A stretch of DNA of 64,000 nucleotides from an uncultured Chloroflexia bacterium (lineage in GTDB: Bacteria > Chloroflexota > Anaerolineae > JAAYZQ01), in assembly GCA_963700285.1 (NCBI GenBank), contig CAVOXA010000010.1:800001-864000 (forward strand). The letters run 5' to 3'. This document shows, in pieces, positions 59,690-64,000 of the stretch; the stretch's first letter is position 1; the number at the start of each line of letters is the position of its first letter. Under the pieces are notes generated by a model, which saw nothing but the letters and a program-made list of their open reading frames with translations, searched no databases and had not been told where the DNA came from. The translations under genes were made by a program, and so were the position numbers.

Positions 59690-59704
59690 GATGCCCTCCT
59701 TCCT

Positions 59705-60751
59705 TTAGAGCCAGTTGGCACCGGCTCTGCGCATAAGGTCAGGGATGTCTGCTGGCCGGCCGGTCTCGCCCGACTGGACCGCACCCAGGACTACGGCCAG
59801 GGCGCTGAGCGCTTGCCGGGCGCCCACTTCGGCCTGCCCGCCAGTGCGAACCGCGCGCGAAAAATCGACCAGCGCTTCCTGGATCATCGCAATGGGGTCG
59901 GCGAAGGAGGCCGGCGGGACCACCCAATCTTCCGGTTGGCCGTCCAAAGGTTGCCCTTCGAAGCTCAGTCCCCTGTAGCGATCATATACACCCACGGCCG
60001 CATCGCCATAGATGCGGATCCAGGCTGCCGGGGCCGAGGCATAGCCCGAGCCCAGGTAGCCCAGCATGCCATTCTCAAATTCTAGCAGCGTGACCGTCGT
60101 GTCGTCAATGGGGGCGGCCAGGAAACGGTGCTTCTGCCAGCCCTGAACCCGTACGATGGGGCCCAGCCAGTATTGCAGCGTGTCGATGTGATGGATGCCG
60201 ATCTGGATCAGCGGCCCGCCTGGGCACTCGCTCCGCTCCCAGCGCCATTCGTTGGGCTCAATACGGACGCCGGTGCTAGAGGAGATGTTAGCATCGACCA
60301 TCAGCAGCTGGCCCAGTGCGCCTCGTTCCAACAGCTCTTTCATTCGACGCTGCGGACGCTCCCAGCGGCACAGGTGATCGGTGCCCAGTACCAATCCCGC
60401 CTGTTCGACAGCCTTGACCACATCGACACCCTCTTCCACTGTCGCCGTGATCGGTTTGTCAACAAAGACGTGCTTGCCATGCTCGACGGCCAGCAGGATC
60501 TGTTCGTGGTGAACGCGGTTCGGGGTGATGAGGGCGACCGCTTCTAGATCCTCGCGGTTCAGCATGTCTTGGTAGCTGGGCAGCGGCTGGTAGCCGTACC
60601 TGGCTGCGAATGCCTGGCGGGTCGCCTCGGTGCGGGCAAAACAGTGGGTGATCTCTACTTCGGGTGTGGCGGCTGCGGCCTCAGCCACCCGCTCTCCCCA
60701 GTAGCCCAGCCCAACCAGGCCGAGCCGGACAGGATTCTGCTTTAGATCCAT
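59705..60751 (-). CDS. Gfo/Idh/MocA family oxidoreductase
   Basis: GLVGLGYWG, TPNRVH, GKHVFVDKP, GG.L..IGIHHID. Confidence 0.93.
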   Translation of the reverse strand: MDLKQNPVRLGLVGLGYWGERVAEAAAATPEVEITHCFARTEATRQAFAARYGYQPLPSYQDMLNREDLEAVALITPNRVHHEQILLAVEHGKHVFVDKPITATVEEGVDVVKAVEQAGLVLGTDHLCRWERPQRRMKELLERGALGQLLMVDANISSSTGVRIEPNEWRWERSECPGGPLIQIGIHHIDTLQYWLGPIVRVQGWQKHRFLAAPIDDTTVTLLEFENGMLGYLGSGYASAPAAWIRIYGDAAVGVYDRYRGLSFEGQPLDGQPEDWVVPPASFADPIAMIQEALVDFSRAVRTGGQAEVGARQALSALAVVLGAVQSGETGRPADIPDLMRRAGANWL

Positions 60752-60820
60752 GCTATTTGGTCCTCCTTCTGTGAAAGCGCGCTGATGAACCTACAACTTG
60801 ATCAGGCAATAGATGAACAC

Positions 60821-60922
60821 GTCATTCTGAGCGTAGCGAAGAATCTCTTCTGCGCTTTTCAACTAATTCCATTTGACGAAGTGGAGATTCTTCGCCTCCG
60901 CTGCGCTCCGGCTCAGAATGAC
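60821..60922. repeat. REP-like inverted repeat (GTCATTCTGAGC..GAAGAATC / GATTCTTCG..GCTCAGAATGAC)
   Basis: Clear intergenic inverted pair; a half copy occurs at about 58610-58621. Confidence 0.8.
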
Positions 60923-61029
60923 GGGCTTCTAGAAGCTTGGACTTTTTCTATGCAGCTCGATCTTGTTACCAGTCTGAGCTGTCAAGACCCATACGCATTC
61001 ACTACAATCTTACGAGGTCGCGTTGCCGA

Positions 61030-62349
61030 TCAGCGTGCCATCCCGGCCAGCACCGCGTCAAACTGTTCCAGTGCCCAGTCTATGTCCTCGAGGGTGTGGG
61101 CGCCGCTGATGCCTGAATGGCCAATGGCGTGGCCGATGGTTTGAAAGTAGATGCCCCGCTGGAAGCAGCCTCGCACAAACCGGTGCATCATCTCGCTATC
61201 CAGTTTGACCGCCTCCTGGTAGTTGTGCACCGGTTCATCGATGCCAAAATAGATGCCAAAACGCGCGCCCAGACCCTGCACGCGCCCGGGCAGGCCATGT
61301 TTGGCAAAGAGTTGGTTCAGGCCTTCGTAGAGACGGCCGGCCAGGACGCGAATGTGCGGATAGAAGCTGGGCCGACCGAGTTCCCCAAGGGTGGCCAGCG
61401 CGGCCAGCACCCCGAATTGATGGCCGCTGTAAGTTCCGCTCTGAGATACCACCCCCAATGGGGCCAGTTCGTCCATGATCCCGGCCTTGCCGGCCAGGAT
61501 GGCGATGGGCACGCCGTTGGCAACCGCTTTGGCCAGCGTGCAGAGGTCGGGCGTGATGCCATAGTAGCCCTGCATGCAGTCCACGCCCGTGCGAAAGCCG
61601 GACAGGATCTCGTCAAAGATCAGCACAATGCCCTGCCGGGCTGTCACGTCGCGCACGTGGGCCAGAAAGCCGGGATCGGCGGGGATACAGCCCGAGTTGT
61701 AACAGACCGGCTCCATGATGACGGCCGCGATCTCGCTCCCCTCCAGGGCGATGGCCTGGCCAAAGGCGGCCGCATCATTCCAGGGCACGATGGTGACGAG
61801 ATTGCCAAACTCCTCCGGCACGCCAGCCGTCAGGGGAGTCCCCCTGCTGAACTTGACCTCGTCCGTCAGGCTATGGCGGGGACCATAGTAGATCAACTCG
61901 TGCATGCCGTGAAAGTGACCTTCAAACTTGAGGATCTTGGGACGCTGGGTGTACGCCCGCGCCAGGCGGAGGGCGACAAGCGTAACCTCAGTTCCGGAGG
62001 GCAGGTATCGAACCCGTTCTGCGCAGGGGATGACCTCACAGATCTGTTGGGCCAGCCGGGCCGTGTATTCGGTCTCGCAGCCGCAGATCAGGCCCATGTC
62101 CAGTACCTTTTCCACGGCCTGGCGGAGGGCGGGATGGTTGTGACCCAAGATGGTGGCCCCGTGGGACAGGTTGAAGTCCAGGTAGCGGTGTCCGTCGACG
62201 CCCCACAAGTAGGCGCCGTCTCCCCGCTCAAAGTAGGCGGGATGGCCCAGACTGCCGTTGAACCGGCCGGCCGCGCCAACGCCGCCTACCAGGTACTCCT
62301 GGGCGAATTCGTAGAGCGGGGCGTTTTCTGTGAATGTGGTGTCTTGCAT
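61030..62349 (-). CDS. Class III PLP aminotransferase (glutamate-1-semialdehyde aminomutase-like)
   Basis: SGTEV, FEGHFHG, IFDEILSGFR, LAKAVANG, SGTYSG; diverged from canonical HemL motifs. Confidence 0.88.
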   Translation of the reverse strand: MQDTTFTENAPLYEFAQEYLVGGVGAAGRFNGSLGHPAYFERGDGAYLWGVDGHRYLDFNLSHGATILGHNHPALRQAVEKVLDMGLICGCETEYTARLAQQICEVIPCAERVRYLPSGTEVTLVALRLARAYTQRPKILKFEGHFHGMHELIYYGPRHSLTDEVKFSRGTPLTAGVPEEFGNLVTIVPWNDAAAFGQAIALEGSEIAAVIMEPVCYNSGCIPADPGFLAHVRDVTARQGIVLIFDEILSGFRTGVDCMQGYYGITPDLCTLAKAVANGVPIAILAGKAGIMDELAPLGVVSQSGTYSGHQFGVLAALATLGELGRPSFYPHIRVLAGRLYEGLNQLFAKHGLPGRVQGLGARFGIYFGIDEPVHNYQEAVKLDSEMMHRFVRGCFQRGIYFQTIGHAIGHSGISGAHTLEDIDWALEQFDAVLAGMAR

Positions 62350-62390
62350 GGTTTGCCTCACCTGCCATCTACAGACCTCACGGTTGCCTT

Positions 62391-64000
62391 CTATTCCTTG
62401 GGCAGTGTAGGGTCTTCGCGCGTGATTACCTCCAGCAGGGCGGCTCGACCAGATCCAACCTGCTGAATGCACCGCTTCAGGGCGGGTTGAATCTCCTCAG
62501 GCTGTTCGACGCGCTCCGCATATCCCCCCAGAGCTTCCGCCACTTGGCTGTAGCGGTTGCCCGGCATAAAGCGGAGTCGGTAGCGTTCGGACGAGACGGG
62601 GAGCAACTGATCATAGCCCCCCAACCTCCCGTTGTTTAGGACCACGGTCAACACGGGTATTTGGTTGCGCACAGCGGTCTCGAAATCCATCCCCACCATG
62701 CCAAAAGCTGCGTCACCCATCACATTGACGGAGAGCCAGTCTGGCCGAGCGAGCTTTGCTCCCATCGCCAGCCCCAGGCCGGTGCCCAGTTGGGTCGACT
62801 TGCCCCATCCCAGGTACGTTCTGGCGGCGATGGCCTCATAGAAAGGCAGCATCTGGTCTCGGGGATTGCCTGCATCGTGGGTTACTACTGTCGACCGGCG
62901 GTCAACCGCGCGCATTAGCTCCCAGACGACCCGATAGGGGTTGATGGGCACTTCATCAGAGGTCAGGCGTGGCATCCAGGCCCGCATAAATTGATCGCGT
63001 ACCACCCGGACCTCGCGGATCACCCCATCCTGCCCCCGCCGGCCGTCGGGCCCGGTCTGCGCCTGGACCCGTTCTATCATTTGTTGGAGGACGGCCCGGG
63101 CGTCACCAATCACCCCGATGGAGATCGAGTAATCCTTGCTGAGGTCGCGCTCGTCGATGGTGATCTGCCCCATCACCTTTCCGGGCGGGATGGGAGTCAC
63201 AAAGCTCGAGCGAGTGAAGCTGGTGCCAATCCCCAGCACGAAATCCGCCTTGTCCAGAAAGTGGGTCACCGTGCGGGGACGGGAGTTGCCGCCAGCGCCC
63301 AGGGCCAGCGCGTGGTCTTCGGGGAAAGCGCTCTTGCCGTTCATCGTGGTCATCACTGGAAGCTGAACCAACTCGGCCAAGCCTCGCAACTCTTCCCACG
63401 CCTGCGCAAAGTGAATGCCCTGCCCGGCCACGATCACTGGGCTCCGCGCCTTTAGCAATGCCTCGACGACCTCATTGACCAGTGCGGGGTCTCCTAGCGG
63501 AGCAGAACGCTTTGGCGGTAAATATTCAAAACGGTCATCGGCCAATTCCTCGGCCAGTACGTCTCGAGGCACCTCCAGCACAACCGGTCCAGGACAGCCG
63601 TTGCGCAACAGCGTGAAGGCCCTCTGCAGCATCTGCGGGATCCGTTCGACCAGGTTGATCTGGTCAGTCCACTTGGTGATGGGTTGGAAGCTGGGCAGCA
63701 CGCGGAAATTGGGCGAGACTCCCTGGGACGGTCGGGCATAGGCGCCGGGAAGCAAGAGGATTGGGCTGCTGTCTGAGTATGCCTGGGCCACCGCGCCAAA
63801 GGCATTCTCGATGCCTGGGCCGTCCTGCACCAGGCAGACCCCGATGCGCCGGCCGTTGGTCAGCCGTGAATAGCCATCGGCGATGTTGATCGCTACCCGT
63901 TCGGTGCGCGCCATGATGGGGCGGATGCTCTGCCCGGCACAGGCGTCGATGATCTCATTATGGGGAAAACAGGTTACGAACTCGACTGCTTCTTGCTTCA
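62391..64000 (-). CDS. Thiamine diphosphate-dependent enzyme (acetolactate synthase-like superfamily), 5' partial
   Basis: ERVA..IADGYSR, GPG, GPVVLEVP.D, GDAAFGM..NN; frame open to the window end. Confidence 0.9.
   Translation of the reverse strand, partial: KQEAVEFVTCFPHNEIIDACAGQSIRPIMARTERVAINIADGYSRLTNGRRIGVCLVQDGPGIENAFGAVAQAYSDSSPILLLPGAYARPSQGVSPNFRVLPSFQPITKWTDQINLVERIPQMLQRAFTLLRNGCPGPVVLEVPRDVLAEELADDRFEYLPPKRSAPLGDPALVNEVVEALLKARSPVIVAGQGIHFAQAWEELRGLAELVQLPVMTTMNGKSAFPEDHALALGAGGNSRPRTVTHFLDKADFVLGIGTSFTRSSFVTPIPPGKVMGQITIDERDLSKDYSISIGVIGDARAVLQQMIERVQAQTGPDGRRGQDGVIREVRVVRDQFMRAWMPRLTSDEVPINPYRVVWELMRAVDRRSTVVTHDAGNPRDQMLPFYEAIAARTYLGWGKSTQLGTGLGLAMGAKLARPDWLSVNVMGDAAFGMVGMDFETAVRNQIPVLTVVLNNGRLGGYDQLLPVSSERYRLRFMPGNRYSQVAEALGGYAERVEQPEEIQPALKRCIQQVGSGRAALLEVITREDPTLPKE

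Noticed and set aside
61030-62349. hemL/hemE tetrapyrrole operon
   Set aside because: Motifs diverge from canonical HemL and HemE, and the neighbours are catabolic rather than hem genes.
35827-62466. Long antisense ORFs (e.g. 35827-37032, 39064-40290, 45604-47106, 61117-62466)
   Set aside because: Shadow ORFs opposite well-supported genes, as expected in high-GC DNA.

Overview
GC-rich bacterial chromosomal window. Gene content and REP-like repeats suggest an anaerobic Chloroflexota (Anaerolineae-like) genome; this is inference. Left to right: a cohesin+dockerin / membrane-anchored cohesin gene pair; IS debris; an ECF sigma/anti-sigma/bactofilin-like operon; a membrane-anchored protein with seven OB-folds coupled to an archaeal-type stand-alone TctA-like permease (candidate DNA/nucleic-acid uptake module, the top finding); a ~15 kb surface-glycosylation locus (GT4/GT2/GT-C, methyltransferases, radical SAM, B12 radical SAM, flippase) next to a strongly promoted 4-repeat secreted protein; sucCD, korDA(BC) and an HdrL-MvhD-HdrD redox operon. 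Two selenoprotein genes are missed by the ORF track: HdrA-MvhD (UGA 50201-50203) and an OsmC-like protein (UGA 53846-53848). Each UGA sits at a conserved Cys position and is followed by a GGUC-loop SECIS-like hairpin. The window ends with a U32 protein, pseudogenes and a minus-strand TPP enzyme/aminotransferase/Gfo-Idh-MocA/UroD-like catabolic cluster. I saw no rRNA, tRNA or CRISPR array. Several single-base frameshifts may be assembly errors. All family calls come from motifs recognised by eye, without database searches.
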